Made by a program: the position numbers and the translations under genes. The notes beneath the pieces were generated by a model. It was given only the letters and a program-made list of their open reading frames with translations. It was not told where the DNA came from and made no database searches. From a virus (taxonomy: Duplodnaviria > Heunggongvirae > Uroviricota > Caudoviricetes), in IMG/VR virus record IMGVR_UViG_2565956631_000003, positions 1 through 7,264 of that record: a stretch of DNA of 7,264 nucleotides; one strand, given 5' to 3'. Below, one piece after another: positions 1-5,946 of the stretch. Numbering within the stretch: position 1 is the stretch's first letter; the number at the start of each line of letters is the position of its first letter.

Positions 1-63
1 CGTTGGAAGGTATTTGCAGTTTTCGCAGATTATGTCGGTGATACTTCGTCGCTGTCTCGCCAC
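1..63 (-). CDS. Partial ORF downstream of ninB, 3' end beyond the window; possible nin-region gene with a C-x2-C motif
   Basis: The ninB reading frame stays open after its stop (199-201) to position 1 on the minus strand. The best start is GTG at 63..61, preceded by AGGAGG (73..68). Translation [21 protein letters not shown]... Not in the ORF track because no stop lies within the window. GTG starts at 180 or 114 are possible but lack a Shine-Dalgarno. Confidence 0.3.
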   Translation of the reverse strand, partial: MARQRRSITDIICENCKYLPT

Positions 64-198
64 ACGTCCTCCTTTTCCTGCGGTAGTGGTACACCCCTGT
101 TGGTGTTCTTTCACACCGGAGACACCATCGATTCCAGTAAGGTTGATTTGGTCGGAAGCGGTTATCTTCTTTGCATTCACCGCACCGATAACATCGCA

Positions 199-639
199 TC
201 ATGCTGCCCTGTCTCCCCATCTTGCTTTCCACTCCAGAGCTAGTCGCGCTTCATCTGACCACTTAACTCCACGCTCTGTACCGAATGCCTGTATAAGCTC
301 TAATAGCTCCGCAAATTCGCTTACACACATCCTGCTGGTTGACTTGCCTATTACCACAAAGCCATTCCCGGCAAGGTTAGGAACAACATCCTGCTGCTTT
401 AATGCTGCGGTAAACACACACTTCCAGCTTTCTGCATCCAGCCAGCGACCATGCCATTCAACCTGACGAGAGACGTCACCAAGGCAAGCCCAAAGCTTTC
501 GGTTTTGGTCTAAGCTGCGGTTGCGTTCCTGAATGGTTACTACGATTGGTTTGATTGGGTCTGGAAGGATTTGCTGGATAGCTTGAATGGCGTTCTGCTG
601 ATGAATGGGGCTTCTTAGTTCAAACGTTCGTTTCCTCAT
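199..639 (-). CDS. ninB: NinB recombination protein (lambda NinB/Orf family)
   Basis: 146-aa [59 protein letters not shown]..., matching my recollection of lambda NinB almost along its full length. AGGTGA Shine-Dalgarno before ATG 639..637. Position downstream of the replication genes is as in lambda/P22. Confidence 0.88.
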   Translation of the reverse strand: MRKRTFELRSPIHQQNAIQAIQQILPDPIKPIVVTIQERNRSLDQNRKLWACLGDVSRQVEWHGRWLDAESWKCVFTAALKQQDVVPNLAGNGFVVIGKSTSRMCVSEFAELLELIQAFGTERGVKWSDEARLALEWKARWGDRAA

Positions 640-874
640 GGCTCACCTTCTGCACGCATGGATTAATTAACGCCAAAATAGCTTCTGGTTTCTCAATAAC
701 ATCGAACCGCTCACCACTTGCCATTCTTACAATCGTAAATCCGGCATCAAATAGGGTTTCGATGTTGTCAGAGTTAACGTACAAGGGCTCATATGCACTT
801 CTGGTGCTTTCTATCACGCCTGTGCTTGGTGGCTGATAGATGCTGCATTGCATGGTTAATTTTATAAATGGCAT
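620..874 (-). CDS. Hypothetical 84-aa protein, unrecognised
   Basis: ORF with ATG at 874..872 preceded by AAGGAG at 9-nt spacing. Its 3' end overlaps the ninB start by 20 nt, and it lies 5 nt downstream of the preceding gene, so it is operon-packed. No family recognised by eye. Confidence 0.6.
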   Translation of the reverse strand: MPFIKLTMQCSIYQPPSTGVIESTRSAYEPLYVNSDNIETLFDAGFTIVRMASGERFDVIEKPEAILALINPCVQKVSHEETNV

Positions 875-878
875 ATAC

Positions 879-1199
879 TCACTCCTTCAATTTGACTCCA
901 GCAGCTCGGATGTTTTCCTCATAAGCATCCATTGCATCACCGAAGCCATTGGAATAATCAACAGTAAACCCTTTGGCTAATGCTTCTCTGCTGTCGATAA
1001 ACTTTGGCGCGGTTATTTCAATAGCTGATCGCGATGCCTGCCACGTTTGCCAGTGGCCTTGAACATCGTCCATCACATATTGACCACCAATATTACCACT
1101 GCCAATTTCATGGTGATTTTCAGGGTAACGGATAAGGTCTGAGGATTCGCCTCCACGTCGCAACCAACTTTCTTCAAACTGCTTTCTTGATTCGTCCAT
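879..1199 (-). CDS. Hypothetical 106-aa protein, unrecognised
   Basis: ORF with ATG at 1199..1197 preceded by GAGGG at about 9 nt. Acidic soluble protein with a Gly-rich segment (HEIGSGNIGGQY). Its start lies 15 nt after the stop (1219-1217) of the upstream membrane-protein gene. Confidence 0.6.
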   Translation of the reverse strand: MDESRKQFEESWLRRGGESSDLIRYPENHHEIGSGNIGGQYVMDDVQGHWQTWQASRSAIEITAPKFIDSREALAKGFTVDYSNGFGDAMDAYEENIRAAGVKLKE

Positions 1200-1216
1200 C
1201 GATACTTACCCTCAGT

Positions 1217-1423
1217 TCAACTCACAAAACGCCACGCCATTTTTGCTACAGCGACAGGCATAACACCGATAATCACCCACAGGAAAATGCTACCGAAAAG
1301 CACACCCACCAGGTCTTTACCTTCGCCTACCAACCGGACAAAACTGCTGGCAACAACAATGAACGTCGCCACCATCCACATAGCACCGAGAATCCTCAAT
1401 GCAGAGAAAATTAACTCAGCCAC
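1217..1423 (-). CDS. Small (68 aa) membrane protein with two predicted transmembrane helices
   Basis: GTG start at 1423..1421 with a GGGGGAGAG Shine-Dalgarno 6 nt upstream. Sequence (M)AELIFSALRILGAMWMVATFIVVASSFVRLVGEGKDLVGVLFGSIFLWVIIGVMPVAVAKMAWRFVS shows two hydrophobic stretches of about 20 aa separated by a short charged loop. Confidence 0.55.
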   Translation of the reverse strand: MAELIFSALRILGAMWMVATFIVVASSFVRLVGEGKDLVGVLFGSIFLWVIIGVMPVAVAKMAWRFVS

Positions 1424-1438
1424 GATTTACTCTCCCCC

Positions 1439-1470
1439 AAATAAAAAGGCCCGCGATTACCAGCAGGCCT
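1439..1470 (-). terminator. Intrinsic terminator after the helicase gene (tR2-like position)
   Basis: Minus-strand RNA GGCCUGC-UGGUAAUC-GCGGGCC forms a 7-bp GC-rich stem (one G-U pair) with an 8-nt loop, followed by UUUUUAUUU. Located between the helicase stop and the next gene. Confidence 0.55.
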
Positions 1471-1498
1471 GTTACAAGCTCAGTGATGTAGATGGTCA

Positions 1499-2935
1499 TC
1501 AGAATCCTCCTTTCTTCTTGGACTGCGGTTCCTCGCGTTCACGGCGGCGCATTTCAGCAGACTGTTGGTCTGTGTCATAAATAGCGCCATTTGCCTGTAT
1601 GCAATACACCGTGCCGGTATTGCCATGGCGATTGAGGCGAAGGATTAGTTCGGTTTCACCAGGAGGAACGCTGTCATCAAAAGCACCTTCACGATGGATC
1701 CCCACCCAATAATCGCAATCCTGTTCAATCTGCCCTGTATCTCGTGAGTCACTTGGTAATGGGCGTTTATTGGTTCGGCTTTCCAGTGCGCGGTTAAGCT
1801 GTGTCAGAAGCACAACAACACAATCAAGCTCTTTGGCAAGGTTCTTCAGTCCTTTGGTGATCATGCCGTAAGCAAGGTCGTTGCGATCGGCCTTCTCAGC
1901 GGTCATTAGTGTCAGGTAATCGACCAGAATCATGCCAACACATCCTTTTTCTCGCTTGATTCGACGACTTTCGCTGACGATTTGAGCCAGAGATAATCCC
2001 GGCGTGTCGTCGATGTAAAGCAGGTCGATTTCACTCAAGCGATTGGCTGTTTCGATCGCCCTGTTGAAGTCACCATCGTAATCACCCTGATAGCCGTCAT
2101 CGGCGTCATTTGTCGCCGGAAGGTAAAATATATTCGGGTTAACACCAGACTTCTGCCCTACCAGTTTTTCCAGTATCTGGTCACCTGGCATTTCAAGGCT
2201 GAACATCAGAGCTGGCTTTTTCTCATGCACTGCGCAGTTGATTGCCATCTGGCTGTATAGCGTCGTTTTCCCCATCTTAGGGCGAGCGCCAATGACAAAC
2301 AGAGAGCCTTTAACCAGACCTTTCGGTGACAGCATCCTGTCCAGCGATGGGATCCCTGTGCTCATTCCTCGTTGTTCGCCTGACGGGTCAAATCGCTTCT
2401 CAAGGTCGCTAACCCAGTCTTCCATGACCTCACCAAATGAGCGAAGGCCGCGACGCGATCCGGTTTTTGCATGGTCTGTCAGTTGCGTGAAAATCGCCTG
2501 AATAGCTTCGTACTTCTGCGTTGCAGTCATTCCGTTGCGGGAATAGAGCAATTCCGTCGCTTCAGTCATGCGGTTGATGGCGTAGCGTTCCATTGCGGTT
2601 TCACGAACCTGCATTGCATAGGCAACGATGTTTGCTGCGCTTGGCGTGTTCTTTGCGATCTCAGCGATATAAGCAAAACCGCCAACAGACGCCGTTAACG
2701 ATTTACGCTCCAGTTCATCGAAAAGCGTCAGGCCATCTACTGGCTTTTGCTCACGGTGCATTCTGGTTATTTCTTCGAAAAGGATTTTGTGTGGTCGACT
2801 GTAAAATGAATCAGGCTTCAGCATCGCCAGGACTTTCTGGACGCGCTCACTGCTGTCATCATCCAGAAGCAATCCACCAATCACCGCCTGCTCTGCCTCG
2901 ATGCTATGGGGCGGCGCATAAAAATTATCGGTCAT
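1499..2935 (-). CDS. Replicative DNA helicase, DnaB family (P22 gene 12-like)
   Basis: DnaB-like N-terminal region (SIEAEQAVIGGLLLD), Walker A GARPKMGKTT, and a RecA-like C-terminal core. Start taken as ATG 2935..2933 (MTDNFYAPP...) with GAGGG 9 nt upstream; the ORF track's 2950 start is an upstream in-frame GTG. The start overlaps the stop of the upstream initiator gene (ATGACCGATAA). Confidence 0.9.
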   Translation of the reverse strand: MTDNFYAPPHSIEAEQAVIGGLLLDDDSSERVQKVLAMLKPDSFYSRPHKILFEEITRMHREQKPVDGLTLFDELERKSLTASVGGFAYIAEIAKNTPSAANIVAYAMQVRETAMERYAINRMTEATELLYSRNGMTATQKYEAIQAIFTQLTDHAKTGSRRGLRSFGEVMEDWVSDLEKRFDPSGEQRGMSTGIPSLDRMLSPKGLVKGSLFVIGARPKMGKTTLYSQMAINCAVHEKKPALMFSLEMPGDQILEKLVGQKSGVNPNIFYLPATNDADDGYQGDYDGDFNRAIETANRLSEIDLLYIDDTPGLSLAQIVSESRRIKREKGCVGMILVDYLTLMTAEKADRNDLAYGMITKGLKNLAKELDCVVVLLTQLNRALESRTNKRPLPSDSRDTGQIEQDCDYWVGIHREGAFDDSVPPGETELILRLNRHGNTGTVYCIQANGAIYDTDQQSAEMRRREREEPQSKKKGGF

Positions 2936-3824
2936 CGTGTTCACCCTCACGAACTTTCAGGTAGGTATTATCGTTAAGCAGGAAATCAAATCCCTTTTTG
3001 TGCCAGACGGTTCCGCGTTGATGGTTTAGGCGCTCTTCGAACATCCATCGGCAATTTTCGCCTACGTAGCTCAAATAATTTCTCCAGTCCTGCATCGTGA
3101 ACCCATGCCCGTCAAGCTGGCGTGTTATCACTCCGGCTTTTCGCCAGAACGTTCGGATCTGGTTTTTACGCTTGTCATTCAGTGCGCGGATTTTTGGCGC
3201 TTCAGGAAGGATTTCGTGGTAAGCATCGACAACATCCTGACAGCTAACGGAAGGTTTTTTCTTGTCAGACTTTTTGTCTGCTGCGGTACTCTCTAATACG
3301 TCAGTATTAGAGATAATATTATTATATTCTTTATCTGTGGTAATTTGCTGGTAATCTGCTGGTACAGTATTGCTTGCAGGCATTGGTATTGCTGGCTTTG
3401 AGGTGGTAATTTGCTGGTAATCTGCTGGTACAAAATTTGACTGATAATCGTCATATTTCTCTACCGAGAAAACTGAGAATTTACCGTGTGAAACCCAGTC
3501 AATCATGCCGAGCTTTTTGAACTTTCTAAGCAGGTACTGAACGCGATCTGGTTTGAGTCCTGTTTCAAACGCCAGAGAGTTTCTACCGCCAAGTAGCTTC
3601 CCTCTGCCTACCAGAATTTCTCCTGCGTCAGTCATTACATACTCAGGCGTATGCTTTGCTTTGAGGATTAAGTGAACCCACAGATGCGCAGCTTCTGCGT
3701 CCTTGTAAAACGGCACATCCATAATTTTACGGTGCAGCAAGGCATACCCCTTACCGCTGCTTTGATGCGGTTGTTGTAGCCTTCTGGCCTCTCTGGCTTC
3801 GGCTAGATTAGATATGTTACTCAT
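2925..3824 (-). CDS. Phage replication initiator (lambda O / P22 gp18 functional analogue) containing the origin
   Basis: 299-aa ORF immediately upstream of, and coupled to, the helicase. N-terminal region looks like a winged-helix DNA-binding domain. A central duplicated peptide [10 protein letters not shown] is encoded by the iteron DNA. Family assignment is by position and architecture, not a confirmed match. Confidence 0.75.
   Translation of the reverse strand: MSNISNLAEAREARRLQQPHQSSGKGYALLHRKIMDVPFYKDAEAAHLWVHLILKAKHTPEYVMTDAGEILVGRGKLLGGRNSLAFETGLKPDRVQYLLRKFKKLGMIDWVSHGKFSVFSVEKYDDYQSNFVPADYQQITTSKPAIPMPASNTVPADYQQITTDKEYNNIISNTDVLESTAADKKSDKKKPSVSCQDVVDAYHEILPEAPKIRALNDKRKNQIRTFWRKAGVITRQLDGHGFTMQDWRNYLSYVGENCRWMFEERLNHQRGTVWHKKGFDFLLNDNTYLKVREGEHDDR
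3305..3431. repeat. Replication origin-like iteron array with flanking AT-rich tract, inside the initiator gene
   Basis: Two perfect 30-bp copies of GTGGTAATTTGCTGGTAATCTGCTGGTACA at 3336-3365 and 3402-3431. Each holds two sub-iterons of about 11 bp (GGTAAT[T/C]TGCTGG), with degenerate copies between (GGTATTGCTGG at 3384-3394). Adjacent AT-rich stretch at 3305-3335 (ATTAGAGATAATATTATTATATTCTTTATC) lies downstream in the gene's direction, as in lambda ori. Confidence 0.65.
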
Positions 3825-3963
3825 GACCTTTCTCCTTCTGCATCAGCTTCACTTTTTCCAACTCAGCCCGGAATCGACCAGGCTGCTTGAAGCTGGACAG
3901 GAAGCGATCACGTAGTATGTGTTTGTGAATTTTGTCCTGGTAAGGACTGAGTTGTTTTGTCAT
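3817..3963 (-). CDS. Small 48-aa basic ORF between cII and the initiator gene
   Basis: ATG at 3963..3961 preceded by GGAG at 5 nt. Translation [48 protein letters not shown]. Its TAA stop overlaps the initiator start (ATGAGTAA), suggesting translational coupling. Absent from the ORF track, presumably because it is short. Confidence 0.35.
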   Translation of the reverse strand: MTKQLSPYQDKIHKHILRDRFLSSFKQPGRFRAELEKVKLMQKEKGHE

Positions 3964-3973
3964 AATTACTCCT

Positions 3974-4049
3974 GTGGATTGATCCAGTAATTCCCTCAGA
4001 ATTGCATATCAATTTGCTTAAAATCCTCGGTGGCGGCCGGGGATTTTTT
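3974..4049 (+). ncRNA. oop: oop-like antisense RNA overlapping the 3' end of cII
   Basis: -10 CATAAT at 3961-3966 with a weak -35 TGGTAA at 3938-3943. Plus-strand intrinsic terminator at 4025-4049: CCUCGG-UGGCGG-CCGGGG stem-loop followed by AUUUUUU. Predicted transcript of about 76 nt. GAUCCAGUAAU...CCUCAGAA resembles my recollection of lambda oop RNA. Confidence 0.55.
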
Positions 4050-4292
4050 CTTTGTGATTTCATCAAGCGCATACTTAAAAGCCCTGCTAATCGGACTGAT
4101 GTCTGATGCCATTCCGAAAGCACACAAGACCGAAGCAATAAATCTCCAGTCCGTTCTGCTTATCTTCGATTCATGACAGCCAATCATCTTTGCCAGACCG
4201 CGCTGGGTAAGCGTTGACAGGTTGATTAGTAAATCAGTTTCAGCGCGATCAATTTCTCGCTGTGTTGGCTTGCTGTAGCTTGCTTGTGCCAT
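3996..4292 (-). CDS. cII: CII-like transcriptional activator
   Basis: 98-aa ORF whose C-terminus ...[18 protein letters not shown] is close to my recollection of lambda CII (...TNKKRPAATERSEQIQMEF). Helix-turn-helix segment ...SKISR.... Sits between cro and the replication genes. AGGAAA Shine-Dalgarno upstream of ATG 4292..4290. Confidence 0.85.
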   Translation of the reverse strand: MAQASYSKPTQREIDRAETDLLINLSTLTQRGLAKMIGCHESKISRTDWRFIASVLCAFGMASDISPISRAFKYALDEITKKKSPAATEDFKQIDMQF

Positions 4293-4302
4293 TTGTTAAT
4301 TT
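4270..4302 (+). promoter_or_regulatory. PRE-like CII-dependent promoter (antisense to the cII 5' end, directed toward the repressor gene)
   Basis: TTGC-N6-TTGC direct repeat at 4270-4273 and 4280-4283 (TTGCTGTAGCTTGC), the CII-binding architecture of lambda pRE. Weak -10 TAATTT follows 13 nt after the second repeat (4297-4302). Position inside the start of cII matches lambda. Confidence 0.45.
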
Positions 4303-4350
4303 TCCTATATTGGTATTGAGTTATAGCGGCACACCCAATGGATTTGCCGC

Positions 4351-4390
4351 TGATGTTTGCTCACCCGGTTAGAGGTGAAAGGCCAGAACT
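4351..4390 (-). promoter_or_regulatory. nutR (boxA + boxB) N-utilisation site
   Basis: Minus-strand boxA GCTCTTTAACA (4390..4380). boxB hairpin UCACCU[CUAACC]GGGUGA (4368..4351) has the same 6-nt loop as the nutL boxB. Located between cro and cII, as in lambda. Confidence 0.6.
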
Positions 4391-4407
4391 GTTAAAGAGC
4401 AATTTGC

Positions 4408-4593
4408 TTATGCCGCTTGGCGGTAAGCACTTTCTTGATACTTCAGGGCGCCAGCTGTAACGATTTCCAATCGATAGGCGTCTTTCTCTGGGATAACTTC
4501 TTTCCACTGAGAGACTGCTGCATCGCTAATGCCTAGTGCTTTAGCAACAGCACGCTGGGTTCCGAAGTGGTCAATAACATCTTTTTTGTACAT
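4408..4593 (-). CDS. cro: Cro repressor (P22 Cro-like, 61 aa)
   Basis: MYKKDVIDHFGTQRAVAKALGISDAAVSQWKEVIPEKDAYRLEIVTAGALKYQESAYRQAA matches my recollection of P22 Cro. GGAG Shine-Dalgarno 7 nt upstream. Divergent from the repressor gene across the operator region. Confidence 0.9.
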   Translation of the reverse strand: MYKKDVIDHFGTQRAVAKALGISDAAVSQWKEVIPEKDAYRLEIVTAGALKYQESAYRQAA

Positions 4594-4607
4594 AGACTCG
4601 CTCCGAA

Positions 4608-4673
4608 ATTAAAGAACACTTAAATTATCCACCAAAGGAATCTTAAGTCAAGTTTATTTAAGATGTCTTAACT
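4608..4673. promoter_or_regulatory. Right operator region with three P22-type operator sites and divergent PR/PRM promoters
   Basis: Three 18-bp sites fit the P22 operator pattern ANTNAAGNNNNCTTNANT: 4608-4625 ATTAAAGAACACTTAAAT, 4631-4648 ACCAAAGGAATCTTAAGT, 4656-4673 ATTTAAGATGTCTTAACT. PR on the minus strand: -35 TTGACT (4651..4646), 16-bp spacer, -10 GATAAT (4629..4624). The repressor ATG at 4674 has no Shine-Dalgarno, so it may be leaderless from PRM. Confidence 0.7.
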
Positions 4674-5324
4674 ATGAATACACAACTGATGGGTGAGCGT
4701 ATTCGCGCTCGCAGAAAAGAACTCAAGATTAGGCAGGCTGCCCTTGGAAAGATGGTTGGCGTGTCTAATGTTGCTATTTCCCAATGGGAGCGATCTGAAA
4801 CTGAGCCCAATGGCGAAAACCTATTGGCCTTAGCCAAGGCTTTGCAGTGCTCCCCTGATTACCTGTTGAAAGGAGAGGATAGTCTTTCAAACATTGCCTA
4901 TCACAGCAGGCATGATCCAAGAGGTTCGTATCCTCTAATTAGTTGGGTAAGCGCAGGATGTTGGATGGAAGCTGTAGAGCCATATCATAGGCGTGCAATA
5001 GATAACTGGTACGACACAACGGTAGATTGTTCTGAAGACTCTTTTTGGCTCGACGTTAAAGGCGATTCAATGACTGCCCCGGCAGGACTGAGTATTCCTG
5101 AGGGGATGATTATTCTCGTCGACCCAGAAGTCGAACCACGTAATGGAAAGCTGGTAGTCGCCAAACTTGAAGGAGAAAACGAGGCGACATTCAAAAAGTT
5201 AGTTATTGATGCCGGTAGAAAATTCCTGAAACCACTCAATCCACAATACCCAATGATTGAAATCAATGGGAACTGTAAAATCATTGGCGTTGTCGTTGAT
5301 GCCAAGCTAGCAAACCTTCCTTAA
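4674..5324 (+). CDS. c2: Prophage repressor, P22 c2-type (HTH plus S24 LexA-like autopeptidase domain)
   Basis: 216-aa ORF MNTQLMGERIRARRKELKIRQAALGKMVGVSNVAISQWERSE... with an N-terminal helix-turn-helix, an Ala-Gly cleavage site (VSAG-CW), a catalytic Ser in GDSM and a downstream Lys. Near-full-length match to my recollection of the P22 c2 repressor. Confidence 0.92.
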   Translation: MNTQLMGERIRARRKELKIRQAALGKMVGVSNVAISQWERSETEPNGENLLALAKALQCSPDYLLKGEDSLSNIAYHSRHDPRGSYPLISWVSAGCWMEAVEPYHRRAIDNWYDTTVDCSEDSFWLDVKGDSMTAPAGLSIPEGMIILVDPEVEPRNGKLVVAKLEGENEATFKKLVIDAGRKFLKPLNPQYPMIEINGNCKIIGVVVDAKLANLP

Positions 5325-5349
5325 GGGGCTTTCGCCCCTTTTTTATTTC
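5323..5349 (+). terminator. Intrinsic terminator downstream of the repressor gene
   Basis: AAGGGGC-TTTC-GCCCCTT hairpin (5323-5340) followed by TTTTTTATTT. Confidence 0.6.
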
Positions 5350-5388
5350 CCGTTAAAAATCAAAGACAAACTAAATTCACACCCATAA

Positions 5389-5442
5389 AATTAAGTTTTC
5401 TTCAAAAATGCACTTGACCAATAAATTAAGAAGTCTTAAATT
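5389..5442 (+). promoter_or_regulatory. Left operator/promoter region (OL sites and PL)
   Basis: Two P22-type 18-bp operator sites: 5389-5406 AATTAAGTTTTCTTCAAA and 5424-5441 AATTAAGAAGTCTTAAAT. PL: -35 TTGACC (5414-5419), 17-bp spacer, -10 TAAATT (5437-5442), directed toward N. The second operator overlaps the spacer and -10. Confidence 0.6.
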
Positions 5443-5488
5443 TAAGCCATCAGCAGGACGCTGGAAGCCAAACGGAACAGATTGGCAG

Positions 5489-5528
5489 GCTCTTTAACAT
5501 CGACGGACTCTCAACCTAACCGTTGAGA
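5489..5528 (+). promoter_or_regulatory. nutL (boxA + boxB) N-utilisation site
   Basis: boxA GCTCTTTAACA (5489-5499). boxB hairpin UCUCAAC[CUAACC]GUUGAGA (5509-5528), a perfect 7-bp stem with a 6-nt loop. In the PL leader upstream of N. Confidence 0.65.
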
Positions 5529-5638
5529 CCAGAACTTGAGTGGTTTTGGGGATGGCGCGAATTGCAGCTGCAAGACAGCGATCGAGAAGATAAGCACCTC
5601 GACGCGTCATGCGCCAAAGCCACTTAAAGGAGACCATC

Positions 5639-5944
5639 ATGGTAACCATTGTCTGGAAAGAATCCAAAGGTACGGCAAAAAGCCGCTACAAAGCTCGCAG
5701 AGCAGAACTTATTGCCGAGCGACGCAGTAATGAAGCACTGGCGCGAAAAATTGCTCTAAAGCTCTCTGGTTGCGTCAGAGCAGACAAAGCAGCATCACTC
5801 GGAAGCATTTGCTGCAAGAAGAAAGAAGAAGTCGTTCGAAAAAATAGAAGTATTTATTACAAGGATTCAAACCCATTAGGAAACAAAATACATGCAGTCC
5901 AAAAAATAAAATTGTACAGTAAACTACCGTACGGTGCTTATTGA
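5639..5944 (+). CDS. N: N-type transcription antiterminator (phi21-like arginine-rich motif)
   Basis: AAGGAG at 5627-5632, 6 nt before ATG 5639. N-terminal MVTIVWKESKGTAKSRYKARRAELIAERR is the arginine-rich boxB-binding motif I recall for phage 21 N. First gene after nutL. The in-frame ATG at 5609 lacks a Shine-Dalgarno. The 3' third of the gene is markedly AT-rich. Confidence 0.8.
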   Translation: MVTIVWKESKGTAKSRYKARRAELIAERRSNEALARKIALKLSGCVRADKAASLGSICCKKKEEVVRKNRSIYYKDSNPLGNKIHAVQKIKLYSKLPYGAY

Positions 5945-5946
5945 GT

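Noticed and set aside
14-466. 150-aa plus-strand ORF
   Set aside because: Lies antisense to the well-supported ninB gene and the partial nin ORF. No Shine-Dalgarno and a low-complexity Ser/Ala/Pro-rich translation typical of a shadow ORF.
1187-1580. Plus-strand ORFs of 75 and 97 aa
   Set aside because: Antisense to the membrane-protein gene, the terminator and the helicase 3' end. His/Pro/Arg-rich shadow translations with no ribosome-binding sites.
2948-2950. GTG start for the helicase as given in the ORF track
   Set aside because: The downstream in-frame ATG at 2935 has a well-spaced GAGGG and yields the MTDNFYAPP... N-terminus. The GTG adds 5 residues with no Shine-Dalgarno and overlaps the initiator's coding end.
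2238-2964. Three plus-strand ORFs (87, 75 and 123 aa)
   Set aside because: All lie antisense inside the DnaB-like helicase gene. They are shadow ORFs of a GC-balanced coding region.
3105-3296. 63-aa plus-strand ORF
   Set aside because: Antisense within the replication initiator gene; no supporting signals.
3336-3431. Possible CRISPR-like array
   Set aside because: Only two full repeat copies, no uniform unique spacers, and the repeats are in-frame coding sequence with an adjacent AT-rich tract. This is the replication-origin iteron pattern, not CRISPR.
3908-4138. 76-aa minus-strand ORF
   Set aside because: Out of frame and overlapping the 3' half of the well-supported cII gene. It also spans the oop terminator hairpin. 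Most likely a shadow ORF.
4985-5305. 106-aa minus-strand ORF
   Set aside because: Antisense inside the repressor gene. Ser/Thr/Pro-rich shadow translation.
5441-5458. Possible third OL operator
   Set aside because: Only a half-site (ATTTAAG) is present. The second half does not fit the CTT-N-A-N-T pattern.
5536-5730. 64-aa plus-strand ORF overlapping the N start
   Set aside because: Different frame from N, no Shine-Dalgarno, and it spans the N ribosome-binding site. The N frame has the RBS and the arginine-rich motif.
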